Shown piece after piece: positions 1 to 10,051 of a DNA stretch of 64,000 bases. The translations under genes were made by a program, and so were the position numbers. The stretch is from an uncultured Spirochaetota bacterium (GTDB lineage: Bacteria > Spirochaetota > Spirochaetia > SZUA-6 > CAVTHK01), in contig CAVTHK010000013.1 in NCBI GenBank assembly GCA_963734495.1, forward strand, positions 64,001 to 128,000, read 5' to 3'. Each line of letters begins with the position of its first letter. Position 1 is the stretch's first letter. The notes under the pieces were generated by a model. That model worked only from the letters and a program-made list of their open reading frames with translations, ran no database searches and was not told the DNA's origin.

Positions 1-259
1 CGTCGCGTTCTTCGCCGGCCTCGATCGCATCGGCCCGACGGCCGCGTCCACGCTCTCGACGCTGGAGCCGGTGATCACCGTGTCCCTGGCGGCCGCGGTC
101 CTCGGCGAGAAGCTCGCAGCGGCGCAGGCTGCCGGCGGCGTGCTCGTCCTGGCCGCCGTGCTCCTCCTTGCCCGCGCCAGTGGGCTTGAGCGGGCCTCCG
201 GCCGGTCCGGCGCCGAGGCCGCCGTGACAGCCGGGCCGCGCGGCGGTGCCCGGAAGTAG
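1..259 (+). CDS. EamA/DMT family transporter, C-terminal part (truncated by window edge)
   Basis: Reads ...GLDRIGPTAASTLSTLEPVITVSLAAAVLGEKL..., the typical EamA C-terminal motif; hydrophobic. Confidence 0.85.
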   Translation, partial: VAFFAGLDRIGPTAASTLSTLEPVITVSLAAAVLGEKLAAAQAAGGVLVLAAVLLLARASGLERASGRSGAEAAVTAGPRGGARK

Positions 260-334
260 CGGCCGCGGCGCGCGAGCCGCGCGAGCGCGCGGGTGACAGC
301 CGGGTCGCCTTTTTGGTACCTTTATCGTCATAGA

Positions 335-1498
335 ATGGGCGGAATCGAGCTCAGACACGTCAGCAAGTCCTTCGGGAAGGTCCGCGCGCTCAGCGACCTG
401 ACTCTCACGGTCGATGAGCGCGAGTTCCTCACCGTCCTCGGACCCTCCGGGTGCGGCAAGACAACGACGCTTCGCTGCCTCGCCGGCCTGGAGATGCCCG
501 ACAGCGGCGAAATCTGGATCGATGACCGCTGCGTCTACTCCAGCGACAAGGGGATCGACGTCGCGCCGAGAGACCGGCGGGTTGGGCTGGTGTTCCAGAA
601 CTACGCGCTTTACCCGCACATGAACGTGTTCAAAAACGTGTCGTTCGGGCTGCGCAACCAGCACGTCCCCAAGCCCGAGATCCTCAGGCGCGTCCGAGAG
701 GTCCTCGAGATGGTCGGCCTGGTGGGCCTCGAGGAGCGCCGGCCCCGCGAGCTGAGCGGCGGCCAGCAGCAGCGGGTCGCCGTGGCACGCATGGTCGTGA
801 GCCGGCCGGGCATCTTCCTCTTCGACGAGCCTCTCTCGAACCTGGACGTCAAGCTGCGCGTCGCGCTGCGGGCGGAGCTCAAGCACATGCACGACCGCCT
901 CGGCGTGACGTCGATCTACGTGACCCACGACCAGCAGGAGGCGATGAGCCTCTCGGACCGCATCGTGGTGATGAACTACGGCGCCATCGAGCAGATCGGG
1001 ACCCCGAAGGAGATCTACAGCTTTCCGGGGACGCTGTTCGTCGCGCAATTCACGGGCAATCCCCGGACCAACCTGGTGGAGGGCTCGATGCGCCGCGTCG
1101 GCGGCGAGACGGCGGTCATGCCGCGGCTCAACAGCCGGGTGCTCGTGCCCATCGACGGGGAGCCGCGGATCGAGCACGGCCGCGACGTGATCCTGAACGT
1201 CAGGCCCGAGGACGTGATCCTCGACCTCTTCCCGGGGCCCCAGGATCTTCACTTCCAGGTGTACGCCTACCTCGATTCAGGCGCCGACGCCCTGATCTAC
1301 CTGCGGTCGGCCGACAACAGCCAGGTGGTCCTCAGGGCGCGCAGCGCCGAGCACCAGGGCCTGGAGATTGGACGCGAGGTGGGCGTGCGCTTCCGCAGGG
1401 GGAACCTCTTCGACGCCGACACGCAGCAGCTCCTGGACTCCTTTGGCTACGCGCAGGCGCTCGACGGCCCCGCGGACCGGACCCGGCTCACGGGCTGA
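335..1498 (+). CDS. Carbohydrate ABC transporter ATP-binding protein (MalK/UgpC-like)
   Basis: Walker A GPSGCGKTT, VFQNYALYPHM, LSGGQQQR signature, DEPLSNLD, VTHDQ; C-terminal TOBE-like region; ATG at 335 preferred over GTG at 293. Confidence 0.95.
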   Translation: MGGIELRHVSKSFGKVRALSDLTLTVDEREFLTVLGPSGCGKTTTLRCLAGLEMPDSGEIWIDDRCVYSSDKGIDVAPRDRRVGLVFQNYALYPHMNVFKNVSFGLRNQHVPKPEILRRVREVLEMVGLVGLEERRPRELSGGQQQRVAVARMVVSRPGIFLFDEPLSNLDVKLRVALRAELKHMHDRLGVTSIYVTHDQQEAMSLSDRIVVMNYGAIEQIGTPKEIYSFPGTLFVAQFTGNPRTNLVEGSMRRVGGETAVMPRLNSRVLVPIDGEPRIEHGRDVILNVRPEDVILDLFPGPQDLHFQVYAYLDSGADALIYLRSADNSQVVLRARSAEHQGLEIGREVGVRFRRGNLFDADTQQLLDSFGYAQALDGPADRTRLTG

Positions 1499-1511
1499 GC
1501 CAGGCGGCGCG

Positions 1512-1534
1512 GGCCGGTCGAAACCGGCTTTTCT
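1512..1534 (+). terminator. Putative intrinsic terminator after ABC ATPase
   Basis: GGCCGGT-CGAA-ACCGGCT hairpin followed by TTTCT. Confidence 0.55.
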
Positions 1535-1588
1535 GTACAAAGCGCGCGGCTCCGGCTAAAATCCCTCGATCGACCCGGGAGGTGGGAC

Positions 1589-2467
1589 ATGAGCATCGTT
1601 TCCTGCCGCGAGATGCTGCTGGCCGCCACGGCGGAGCGATACGCCGTGGGCGCCTTCAACGTGACCAACATCATCCAGATGGAGGCCGTCGTCGAGGCGG
1701 CCGTGCAGAAGAGGGCGCCGCTGATCCTGCAGACCTCGGTCAGCCCCGCGCGTTTCCTCGGCCTCGAAGTGATCGTGGCGGCCTACAGGGCGATCGCGTC
1801 GGGCGCGCCCGTGCCGATCGCGCTGCACCTCGACCACTGCGCCGACGTCGTGTTCTGCAAGCGCTGCGTCGACGCGGGCTACACGAACATCATGATGGAC
1901 GGCTCGCAGCTCGATTTCGAAGGCAACGTGCGCGTCACCAAAGAGGTCGCGGACTACGCCCACCGCCGCGAAGGGATCTCGGTGGAGGGCGAGCTCGGCA
2001 CCGTCTCCGGCGTCGAGGACCAGGTCAAGGTGGCCGAGGACGAGAGCAAGCTCTGCGACCCAGCCAAGGCCGGCGAGTACGTCGAGCGCACGGGCATCGA
2101 CCTGTTCGCGCCCGCGATCGGCACGGCCCACGGGGTCTACAAGACGGAGAACCCGAAGATCGACTTCGACCGCCTGGGGAAGATCGCGGGCGATCTCAAC
2201 GGCCGCGGCGCCCGCGTTCCGCTGGTTGTGCACGGGGGAACCGGGCTCAAGCCCGAGGTGGTGCGCAAGCTCGTGAGCCTCGGCGGCTCCAAGTTCAACG
2301 TGTCCACGGAGCTCAAGCACGTGCTCATCGACACGACCTGGCAGTACCTCTCGACGCACCGCGACGAGTACGACCCGGGCAAGGTCGACCGCGCCGCGCG
2401 CGAGGCGACCATCAAGGCCGTCGGCGCCTGGATCGACCTGCTGGGCAGCGCCGGCAAGGCCGTGTAG
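1589..2467 (+). CDS. Class II fructose/tagatose-bisphosphate aldolase family
   Basis: YAVGAFNV, LHLDH, EGELG, IGTAHGVY, LVVHGGTG, KFNVST motifs; SD GGAGG upstream. Confidence 0.93.
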   Translation: MSIVSCREMLLAATAERYAVGAFNVTNIIQMEAVVEAAVQKRAPLILQTSVSPARFLGLEVIVAAYRAIASGAPVPIALHLDHCADVVFCKRCVDAGYTNIMMDGSQLDFEGNVRVTKEVADYAHRREGISVEGELGTVSGVEDQVKVAEDESKLCDPAKAGEYVERTGIDLFAPAIGTAHGVYKTENPKIDFDRLGKIAGDLNGRGARVPLVVHGGTGLKPEVVRKLVSLGGSKFNVSTELKHVLIDTTWQYLSTHRDEYDPGKVDRAAREATIKAVGAWIDLLGSAGKAV

Positions 2468-2476
2468 AGCGCCGCC

Positions 2477-3394
2477 GTGGGACGATTTGCGTCGCGCCTC
2501 TCGGGAGTGTTCGCTCCGGTCGTCACGCCCTTCCGCGGGGACGAGCTCGACCTCGAAGGCCTGCGCGCCAACCTGCGCGCGCTCCGCTCGTCGCCGCTCG
2601 CGGGCTGCTTCGCCCTCGGCTCCAACGCAGAGGCGCGCAGCCTCGCCTGGGACGAGCACCTGCGGGTCATGGAGGTCTTCGCGGCCGAAGTCGCCGACCG
2701 GGTGGTGATGGTCGGCGCGGGCTGCGAATCGACGCGCGAGACGATCGCCCGCGCCCGCGAGATCGGCCGCATGGGGTTCGCGTTCGCGAGCGTCATCACG
2801 CCGGCGTACTTCGCGTCGCGCATGAACGACGAAGCGCTCGAGGCCCACTATCGGCTGGTGGCCGACTCTTCGCCGGTGCCGATCCTCATCTACAACGCGC
2901 CGGGCTTCGCGGGAGGCGTCAACGTGTCCGCCGCCGTCGTGCGCAGGCTCGCGGGCCACGGCAACGTCGCCGGCGTCAAGGACTCGGCCCCCGCGGGGCC
3001 GGGCCGCTATCTCGCCGCGCTGGACAGGGACGCCGACTTCTGCGTCCTCGCCGGGTCGGTGGCCTTCTTCTACCCCTCTCTGGTCCTGGGGGCGACGGGC
3101 GGCGTCCTCTCGCTCGCGAACTCGCTTCCGGCCGAGTGCGCCAGTCTCCATGACCTGGCGCGCGCGGGGCGCCACGCCGAAGCGCGCACCCTGCACGAAC
3201 GCCTGGTGCGCCTCAACGGGGTCTCCTCGGACCGCTACGGCGTGGCCGGGGTCAAGGCGCTGATGGACCTCGTCGGCTTCGTCGGGGGCGACCCGCGGCG
3301 GCCTCTGGTGCCGCTCACGGCGGACCAGAGGGCCGAGATGGCGAAAGCGCTGGAGCGCGAGGGCGTGGTGCTCGCAGGGGGGAAACGACCGTGA
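2477..3394 (+). CDS. DHDPS/class I aldolase family (4-hydroxy-2-oxoglutarate/KDG aldolase-like)
   Basis: VTPF, LGSNAE, ILIYNAP (Tyr), VAGVKDS (Schiff-base Lys). Confidence 0.9.
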   Translation: MGRFASRLSGVFAPVVTPFRGDELDLEGLRANLRALRSSPLAGCFALGSNAEARSLAWDEHLRVMEVFAAEVADRVVMVGAGCESTRETIARAREIGRMGFAFASVITPAYFASRMNDEALEAHYRLVADSSPVPILIYNAPGFAGGVNVSAAVVRRLAGHGNVAGVKDSAPAGPGRYLAALDRDADFCVLAGSVAFFYPSLVLGATGGVLSLANSLPAECASLHDLARAGRHAEARTLHERLVRLNGVSSDRYGVAGVKALMDLVGFVGGDPRRPLVPLTADQRAEMAKALEREGVVLAGGKRP

Positions 3395-4791
3395 GCGGCG
3401 GGACGAGGCGGGCCGATGGCATGACGATCCTGGCGGTGGACATCGGAACGACCGCCATGAAGATGGGGGTCTATCGCGCAACCGATGCCGGCGCGGTGCA
3501 GGCTGCGGCCCCGCAGGGGGGGCTCGAGCTCGCCGCATCCTGGTCGCAGGACTACGCGATCAACACCTACAACGACGGGACGTTCGGCGACATCGAGCCG
3601 GAGAAATGGCGCGACGCCATGACGCGGGGCTGCCGCGAGCTCGCGGAGTGGATGCCGTCAATCGACGCCGTCTCGCTCTCCGGCACGACGCCCGGGCTCA
3701 CGGCCATGGACGACGGGGGCGAAGCGCTGGTGCCCGCGATTCTCATGCTGGACCAGAGATCGCGCTCCCAGGCGGCGGAGATCATCTCGCGCGTCGGGCT
3801 GGAGCGGCTTCTGGAGAAGACCGCGAACATGCCCGTGGCCGGCGGGTGCTCGCTCGCGAGCATCCTGTGGATCCGCGACAACGCGCCGGAAGCCTACGAC
3901 AAGGCGGCCTGCTTCGGCCATTCGAACACTTTCGTGGCCCGCTGGCTCACCGGATCCTTCGCCATCGATCCTTCGTCGGCGTCGCTCACGGCCCTCTACA
4001 ACACGGCGGCCAACGACCTGACCTGGAACACCGACATCGCCTCCGAGTTCGGGCTCGAGCCCGGGAAGCTGCCGCGCCTGCTCGCGTCCTCTGAGAGCGC
4101 GGGGCGTGTGCTCGCGCCGGTGGCCCGCGAGCTGGGGCTCGCCCGGCGGCCGCCGGTGATCATCGGGGGAAACGACGCGGTCCTCGCGGCCTATTCGGCG
4201 GGCTGCAACGAGCCTGGCCAGGTGATCAACGTCAACGGCACCTGCGAGATCACGCTCGTGTGCCTGCCGAAGTGCTACCCGTCGCGCAACTACAACATCC
4301 GGGCCCACGCGCTGCCCGGCCGCTGGCTCACGCTTTACGTCATGAACGCCGGCGGGATAGCGCTCGAGTGGTTCCGCGGGGTCTTCTGCAGGGACATGAG
4401 CGAGAGGCAGTTCTTTGACGACTTTCTCGCGCGCGCCATCGACCGGTGGCTCGACCGCGAGAGCTCGGTGCGCTACGTGCCCTTCCTCCTCGGCTCGCGC
4501 TACTCGCTGGAGCCGCTCCGCGCCGATTTCACCGGGATGGGCCAGGAGACCACGCGCGAGGAGCTCGCGGCCGCCCTGGTGAGGGGCCTCGCGGAGTACC
4601 AGAGGGAGCACCTCAAGGAGATCTCGCTCGAGGTGCCGCTCGCGCCGGTCATCACGGTCACGGGCGGCGCCGTGGACCCGGCTATGGTGCGGGCCAAGGA
4701 GCGCTGGATGCGCGCCTGCGACTACGTGTACGTCGATCAGTCGTCGCTGCGGGGCGCGGCGATGCTTGCCCGGGAGCACCTCTCGCGCTGA
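3391..4791 (+). CDS. FGGY-family carbohydrate kinase
   Basis: ILAVDIGTTAMK, DQRS, GGNDAV, NVNGT, VTGG motifs; overlaps previous stop codon. Confidence 0.9.
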   Translation: MSGGTRRADGMTILAVDIGTTAMKMGVYRATDAGAVQAAAPQGGLELAASWSQDYAINTYNDGTFGDIEPEKWRDAMTRGCRELAEWMPSIDAVSLSGTTPGLTAMDDGGEALVPAILMLDQRSRSQAAEIISRVGLERLLEKTANMPVAGGCSLASILWIRDNAPEAYDKAACFGHSNTFVARWLTGSFAIDPSSASLTALYNTAANDLTWNTDIASEFGLEPGKLPRLLASSESAGRVLAPVARELGLARRPPVIIGGNDAVLAAYSAGCNEPGQVINVNGTCEITLVCLPKCYPSRNYNIRAHALPGRWLTLYVMNAGGIALEWFRGVFCRDMSERQFFDDFLARAIDRWLDRESSVRYVPFLLGSRYSLEPLRADFTGMGQETTREELAAALVRGLAEYQREHLKEISLEVPLAPVITVTGGAVDPAMVRAKERWMRACDYVYVDQSSLRGAAMLAREHLSR

Positions 4792-4819
4792 CGCGCTTGT
4801 CGGGGCTGCGCGCGGACGA

Positions 4820-5971
4820 TCACCGCGCGGCCGGCGTCGCCCCGGCGGGGCGCGGCAGCGGGCAGGCCCCTTCGGCCTCGAGCAGCTCGACGATCCAGGC
4901 CACCCGCTCGATCAGCGAATCGGGCATCACGTTGTCGGCCACTCCCAGGATGAAGGCCTCCCCCGGCGCAACCACCTCCAGCACGCGGCGCACGTACGCG
5001 CGGAAGCTCTCTTCCGGCCACGACGGCGAGAGGATCACCGAAGGGATGCCGCCCCAGAGGATGACTCTGTCCCCGAAGGCGCGGCGCGTCTGCTCGAGGG
5101 TCAGCGGAACCATCGGCGCCGTCACGAAGCACTCGAGCACGTCCCAGCCCGCCCGCCGCACCAGCGGCAGCAGCAGCGAGAGATCGGCGTCGGCATGCAT
5201 CGCGAGGACCTTGCCCGCGCCGTGCAGGCGCGGCGCGAAGTCCTCGTAGTACGGGAGGATCCAGCGCTCGAAAAGCGGCGGCGGCGTCATCTGCGACGAG
5301 ATGTGCGATCCGTGGTTCACGAAGCGCGCGGGAGAGCTCTCGATCGCGGGCCAGAGCCGCTCGCGGTGGATCCGGTCGGCCACGCCGACGAGGCTCTCGA
5401 CGAGCTGCGGCTCGTCCGCGATGTGGTAGTAGGCGTGCTCGTAGCCTGCCAGCTTCTGCAGGAATGTGTGGAACGGCACGTCGCCCACCGTCACCAGCGG
5501 CAACCCGCGATCGGCAATTGCGCGGTCGTAGCGCTCGTACTCCCGCGGGCAAGGGGCCCACGACGTCGCTTCGAGAACGTATTCCCAGGTCCGGTAGTCC
5601 TGAGGCGACTTGAGCGGGTACTCCTCGACCAGGCTCGCCATGCCCGCCTGCGCCACGAGCATGGGCTTGCGGACGACGGTGCGGGCGGTGCCGACGGGCG
5701 TGCGGTACTCCGTGACCGTGCGGTCCCCGGCGACGCGCTGCACGACCTCCACGCCGTCGTAGATCTCGTCAAAGACCTTCGCGCCTCGCGCGGGCGCGAC
5801 GACCCCGAGAGCGTCCTCCACTTCCGCGAGCTTCATGCCGCGGAAGCGGGCCGGCAGCGAGCCCGACGCCGCCCGCCCCGCGAGCCACAGCTCGAGCCTC
5901 GGCGAAAAGGGGACCCGGTCCGGCAGCCGTCGCTCGAGAACGGCCAGCATGCGCTCCCTGCGGGTCAGCAC
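4820..5971 (-). CDS. Uroporphyrinogen decarboxylase/MtaA-like family protein
   Basis: TRRERMLAVLERRLPDRVP start, MHADAD, ILWGGIPS, FILGVADNVMP; GTG start right after GntR stop (the longer track ORF extends spuriously). Confidence 0.85.
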   Translation of the reverse strand: MLTRRERMLAVLERRLPDRVPFSPRLELWLAGRAASGSLPARFRGMKLAEVEDALGVVAPARGAKVFDEIYDGVEVVQRVAGDRTVTEYRTPVGTARTVVRKPMLVAQAGMASLVEEYPLKSPQDYRTWEYVLEATSWAPCPREYERYDRAIADRGLPLVTVGDVPFHTFLQKLAGYEHAYYHIADEPQLVESLVGVADRIHRERLWPAIESSPARFVNHGSHISSQMTPPPLFERWILPYYEDFAPRLHGAGKVLAMHADADLSLLLPLVRRAGWDVLECFVTAPMVPLTLEQTRRAFGDRVILWGGIPSVILSPSWPEESFRAYVRRVLEVVAPGEAFILGVADNVMPDSLIERVAWIVELLEAEGACPLPRPAGATPAAR

Positions 5972-5973
5972 GG

Positions 5974-6711
5974 TCAGGCCGCCCCCCGCGCGCCGGGCTG
6001 CCGCGAGCGGCGATAGAACTCCTCGAGAGTGATCCTCTCCGGGTCCACCCCGATCTTGCGCATGGTCACGACCAGCTCCTGCAGGACGGCCCTGGTGCCG
6101 TTGTTGTGCGCGGCCACGGCGGCGCGCGCTTCGGCGAGGTTGCGCGAGCGCAGCGCGGCGATGACGGCGAGGTGCTCGCCGAGCGTCTCTTCGGGCGGGC
6201 GGACGAGCCCGCCCATGAACGAGCGGTTGAAGACCTGGAAGCTCTCGTTGACCTTGCGCGCGAGGCTGTTGGAGCACAGGTCGAGCATGGCGAAGTGGAA
6301 CCGGACGTCGGCCCTCCGGTATCGCTCGGCATCGATGGCCCCGGATCGGGCGCGGAAGGGCTCGAAGATCCGCTCCAGCCGGCGCATGTCGCCGTCGGAT
6401 GCCGAGGCGACGATCTCGGTGACGATCATCGTGTCCAGGGCCTCGCGGAGGGCGAAGAGGTCGAGGAGCTCCTTGACGGTGATCTGGTGAACGAAGAACC
6501 CCGTGTGGGGAATGTTGTCGACGAGCCCCTCGGACTCCAGCTTGTGCAGCGCGTTGACCACCGGCGTCCGGCTGATCTTCATTTCCTCGGCCATGGCATT
6601 CTGGTTGATCTTGCTGCCGGGGGGGATGCGCTTGTTGACGATGAAGGTCCTGATCTGCCCGTAGACCCAGGCGGTCGTCTTTCCCCGCTTCAGCTCGGCA
6701 CTATTTTGCAT
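5974..6711 (-). CDS. GntR/FadR family transcriptional regulator (FCD domain)
   Basis: wHTH PPGSKINQNAMAEEMKISRTPVVNALHKLESEGLV; FCD motifs DVRFH and EHLAVIAAL. Confidence 0.93.
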   Translation of the reverse strand: MQNSAELKRGKTTAWVYGQIRTFIVNKRIPPGSKINQNAMAEEMKISRTPVVNALHKLESEGLVDNIPHTGFFVHQITVKELLDLFALREALDTMIVTEIVASASDGDMRRLERIFEPFRARSGAIDAERYRRADVRFHFAMLDLCSNSLARKVNESFQVFNRSFMGGLVRPPEETLGEHLAVIAALRSRNLAEARAAVAAHNNGTRAVLQELVVTMRKIGVDPERITLEEFYRRSRQPGARGAA

Positions 6712-6716
6712 ACAAT
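6703..6716. promoter_or_regulatory. Putative GntR operator overlapping the regulator start codon
   Basis: ATTTTGCATACAAT, near-palindromic core TTGCATACAA; 13/14 identical to the reverse complement of 40982-40995. Confidence 0.6.
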
Positions 6717-6739
6717 TCCGCGAGATTGCTCTCGAGGTC

Positions 6740-6768
6740 AATATAGAGACGGGCGCGCTCCCTGTCAA
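6740..6768 (-). promoter_or_regulatory. Sigma70-type promoter of gntR-uroD
   Basis: TTGACA-17 nt-TATATT on minus strand. Confidence 0.7.
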
Positions 6769-6919
6769 AGCAGATCCCACGGGGCGGGCGCGGCAGGGCG
6801 GCCCCGCCCGGCCGCGCCCGCCGACCCGGCAGCCCCGCGCGGCGCCCTCCGGCCCTGCCCGCCGACCCGGCCGTCACGCCCGGCGTCCCCCGGGCAGCGC
6901 CCCAGCCGCCCCGGCCCCC

Positions 6920-7690
6920 CTACCAGACCGAGTAGCCGCCGTCGATGACGACGTTGGCGCCCGTCATGAAGCTGGAGGCGTCGGAAGCGAGAAACACCGC
7001 GAGGGGGCCGAGCTCCTCGGGCCTGCCCGGCCTCTTGAGCGGAGTCCAGTCGAGCCACATGCCGCCGTGCTTCGGGTCCTCGAAGAACGGCCGCGCCATC
7101 GGAGTGTCCATGTACCCCGGCGAGATGGCGTTGACGCGGATGTTCCAGGGCGCCCACTCGGCGGCCAGGCTCTTCGTGAGGTGGATCACCGCGGCCTTGG
7201 AGGTGTTGTATGAAGTCTGGGCCTGCGGACGGTTGACGATCACGCCGGACATCGAGGCGATGTTGATGATGCTCCCCCCGCCGTCCGTCTTCATCCGGCG
7301 CGCCGCCTCCTGGGAGCAGAAGAAGACCCCGTTCAGGTTGACGTCGAACACTTCGCGCCAGTCGGCCTCCGGCACGTCCTCGGCCGCGCCCCACTTCGTG
7401 ATCCCGGCGTTGTTGACGAGGACGTCGACGCGGCCGAAGCGGCGCACCGTCTCCGCGACCATCGCGGCCACGCTCTCGCGCCGCCTCACGTCGGTGGCCA
7501 CGGCGATCGCCTCGCCGCCCAGGCCGCGCACCTCCGCGGCCGTGCGCTCTCCCGTGTCGGGGTTCAGCTCCGCCAGCGCGACGCGCGCGCCGGCTTCGGC
7601 GAGGCTCAGGGCGAAGACGCGCCCCAGGCCCTGCCCGCCCCCCGTGACGATGGCCGTGCGCCCCTGGAGCGAGAACTTGTCGAGCACCAC
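6920..7690 (-). CDS. Short-chain dehydrogenase/reductase (polyol/ketose reductase-like)
   Basis: TGGGQGLG, NNAG, NIASMSG, YNTSK catalytic motif, ISPGYMDT; SD GGAGG before GTG. Confidence 0.93.
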   Translation of the reverse strand: MVLDKFSLQGRTAIVTGGGQGLGRVFALSLAEAGARVALAELNPDTGERTAAEVRGLGGEAIAVATDVRRRESVAAMVAETVRRFGRVDVLVNNAGITKWGAAEDVPEADWREVFDVNLNGVFFCSQEAARRMKTDGGGSIINIASMSGVIVNRPQAQTSYNTSKAAVIHLTKSLAAEWAPWNIRVNAISPGYMDTPMARPFFEDPKHGGMWLDWTPLKRPGRPEELGPLAVFLASDASSFMTGANVVIDGGYSVW

Positions 7691-7703
7691 CGCAACCTCC
7701 GTG

Positions 7704-8282
7704 TCACTTGCGCCTCGCGCCCAGGATGAGCACGTCCTGCCGCGGAACGTCTGCGAACGGACCCACCCTCGTGGTGGGCACCGACACGATCCGGTCCACG
7801 ACGTCCATGCCCTCGATGACCTTGCCGAAGACGGCGTAGCCATAGTCGCTCGCCGAGCGTCCGCGGTGGTCCAGCGCACGGTTGTCGGCCACGTTGAGGA
7901 AGAACTGGCTGGTCGCGCTGTTCACGTCCTGCGTCCGCGCCATCGAGATCGTGCCCCTGGCGTTGATCAGGCCGTTGGCGGCCTCGTTGCGGATCGGCGC
8001 CCTGGTCGGCTTTTCCTTGAAGCCCGGCTCGTACCCGCCGCCCTGGATGACGAACCCGGGAATCACGCGGTGGAAGAGCGTGTTCGCGTAGAAGCCGCTG
8101 TCGACGTAGCCGAGGAAATTCCTGACCGTGTCCGGCGCCTTGGCCGGGTCGAGCTCCAGCGTTATGGAGCCGAGGCTCGTCTCGAGGACCACGTCGACCG
8201 GCGCCGGTTTGGCGCAGCCATCCGCAGCCGCGAGCGCGGCGATCACAGCAAAGGCCTCGAGGGCCCGCAATCCCGAACGCAT
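7704..8282 (-). CDS. ppiA: Cyclophilin-type peptidyl-prolyl cis-trans isomerase (exported)
   Basis: [33 protein letters not shown]-terminal signal peptide. Confidence 0.93.
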   Translation of the reverse strand: MRSGLRALEAFAVIAALAAADGCAKPAPVDVVLETSLGSITLELDPAKAPDTVRNFLGYVDSGFYANTLFHRVIPGFVIQGGGYEPGFKEKPTRAPIRNEAANGLINARGTISMARTQDVNSATSQFFLNVADNRALDHRGRSASDYGYAVFGKVIEGMDVVDRIVSVPTTRVGPFADVPRQDVLILGARRK

Positions 8283-8300
8283 GAACTCTCCTTCATCCCG

Positions 8301-9260
8301 CTACAGCTCCGACAGGAAGCTCAGGATACGATCCGCGGAGCCCGGCAGCGCCTCGTGGCCGAAATCCGGGTAGATGATCATCCGCTTCTTCGAAACGATC
8401 CGGTTGTACGCCGCGAACTGGGTCGACGGCGGACAGACGTCGTCGAGCAGACAGGTGGTCATCAGGACCTCGGCCCGGATCCGCGGACAGAGGTGCTGAA
8501 CGTCGATGTAGCCAAGGCGCGTGAACAGCTCCTCCTCGCGCTCGTGCGTGGGGTCGAAGAGCCGGAAGTGCTTCTTGAGCTCCCCGTACGCCTTTTCGGC
8601 GAGGTCCATCTCCCAGACGCGCTTGTAGTCGCATAGAAAGGGGTAGACCGGCGCGGCCCGGGCGACACGCGGCTCGAGCGCCGCGCACGCAAGCGTGAGC
8701 CCGCCCCCCTGAGAGCCGCCGGTGGCGCCGACCCGCTTCTCGTCGACCTCGTCCATGGCCATCACGATGCGCGCGAGCTGGGCCGTGTCCAGAAACAGCG
8801 CGCGGTAGAGCAGCTTGTCCGGGGCGTCTTCGAGCCCGCGCACGATGTGGCCCGCCTGGGTGTTTCCGGCGACGCCTCCGACGTCCTCGGAGAGGCCGCC
8901 CTGGCCGCGGCAATCGAGCGCGGCCACGCTCGCCCCCAGCGCCACGTACGGCAGCTTGTCGCTCCAGTCGCCCGAGCTCATCGTGTAGCCGTGAAACATC
9001 AGGACCGCCGGGTGAGGCCCCGCGGTGCGCTTCGGGCGGAGGTACTTGGCGTGCACCCGCGCCCCGCCGGCTCCGCGGAACCACAGGTGGAAGCACTCCG
9101 CAAACGGCACCTGGAGCTCGGCGGGCTCCAGGCGCGCCTCGGTGCCGAGCGAGTCGAGCTCGGCGAGCGCGCGCGCCCAGTACGCGTCGAAATCGTCGGG
9201 CCGTGGATTGATGCCCTGGTACCGCCGCAATTCCTCGAGAGGCTTGTCGAGCATCGGCAT
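8301..9260 (-). CDS. Acetylxylan esterase / cephalosporin-C deacetylase (CE7)
   Basis: [26 protein letters not shown] nucleophile, [17 protein letters not shown]. Confidence 0.92.
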   Translation of the reverse strand: MPMLDKPLEELRRYQGINPRPDDFDAYWARALAELDSLGTEARLEPAELQVPFAECFHLWFRGAGGARVHAKYLRPKRTAGPHPAVLMFHGYTMSSGDWSDKLPYVALGASVAALDCRGQGGLSEDVGGVAGNTQAGHIVRGLEDAPDKLLYRALFLDTAQLARIVMAMDEVDEKRVGATGGSQGGGLTLACAALEPRVARAAPVYPFLCDYKRVWEMDLAEKAYGELKKHFRLFDPTHEREEELFTRLGYIDVQHLCPRIRAEVLMTTCLLDDVCPPSTQFAAYNRIVSKKRMIIYPDFGHEALPGSADRILSFLSEL

Positions 9261-9295
9261 GGCAGCGTTTCCCTCCTGGCCGGCCGGTGACCGGG

Positions 9296-9821
9296 CTACC
9301 GCCCTGCGAACTCCTTGTACAGCATGCTCGGCTGCACGCCCTGGTTGTTCTGATACTTGCCGCTGCGGTAGGAGTCGAAGTCCCCTTCGAGAGTATGGTA
9401 GTAGATCTGGCAGATCTGGACGCCGGGGTAGATGCGGATGGGCTGGACGCAGAAGATCTCGAGGGTCCAGTAGCCGCTGAACCCGACGTCGCCGAAGCCC
9501 GCGGTGACGTGCACGAAGAGCCCGAGCCGCCCGATCGACGATCGGCCCTCGAGCATCGGCACGCAGCCCTCGGTGCGCGTGAACTCCACGGTGCGGCCGA
9601 GATAGAGCCGGCGCGGTTCGAGCACGAGGCCCTCGGCCGGGATGCCGATCTCGCTGTACCGGTTCGGCCGCGCCATGTCGAGGACCTCCTCCTCGTAGCG
9701 CAGCAAGCCGGTCGTGCAGCCGGAGGTTGTAGCTGTTGGGGTTGAGCTGACGCTCGTCGAACGGGTCGATGTGAATCTCGCGCCCGAGGCGGCGCCTGAT
9801 TTCCCTGCCCGAGAGGATCAC
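9296..9821 (-). CDS. dcd: dCTP deaminase (one frameshift near 9706)
   Basis: MILSGREI...[10 protein letters not shown] joins in another frame to [32 protein letters not shown]...KYQNNQG. Confidence 0.88.
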
Positions 9822-9955
9822 GGCCCCTCCTCTGCGCTGCGCCGGACCGGCGGCCGTCCTGTGCCGGCGCGCGCTGCCGATCGCCCGAAACGCCGCTTGA
9901 ATCTACCAGCTTGAGCCGAGGCTCGCAACCGGCGGCGCGCGACCGCGGGCGCGCC

Positions 9956-10051
9956 CACTGCCGGGCCGCACTGCGGGCCGCACTACCAGGCCACACCGCC
10001 GGGCCGCACCGCCGGGCCGCAGCAGCACCGCCGGGCCGCCACCCCAGGCCG
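9956..10051. repeat. Degenerate tandem repeat, ~7 copies of 13-bp CACYRCCRGGCCG
   Basis: Units at 9956, 9969, 9981, 9994, 10007, 10026 and 10040; intergenic between pfpI and dcd. Confidence 0.8.

Noticed and set aside
8301-9821. 506-aa dCTP deaminase-esterase fusion
   Set aside because: A frameshift in dcd near 9706 puts its N-terminus in the esterase frame; each gene has its own start and stop
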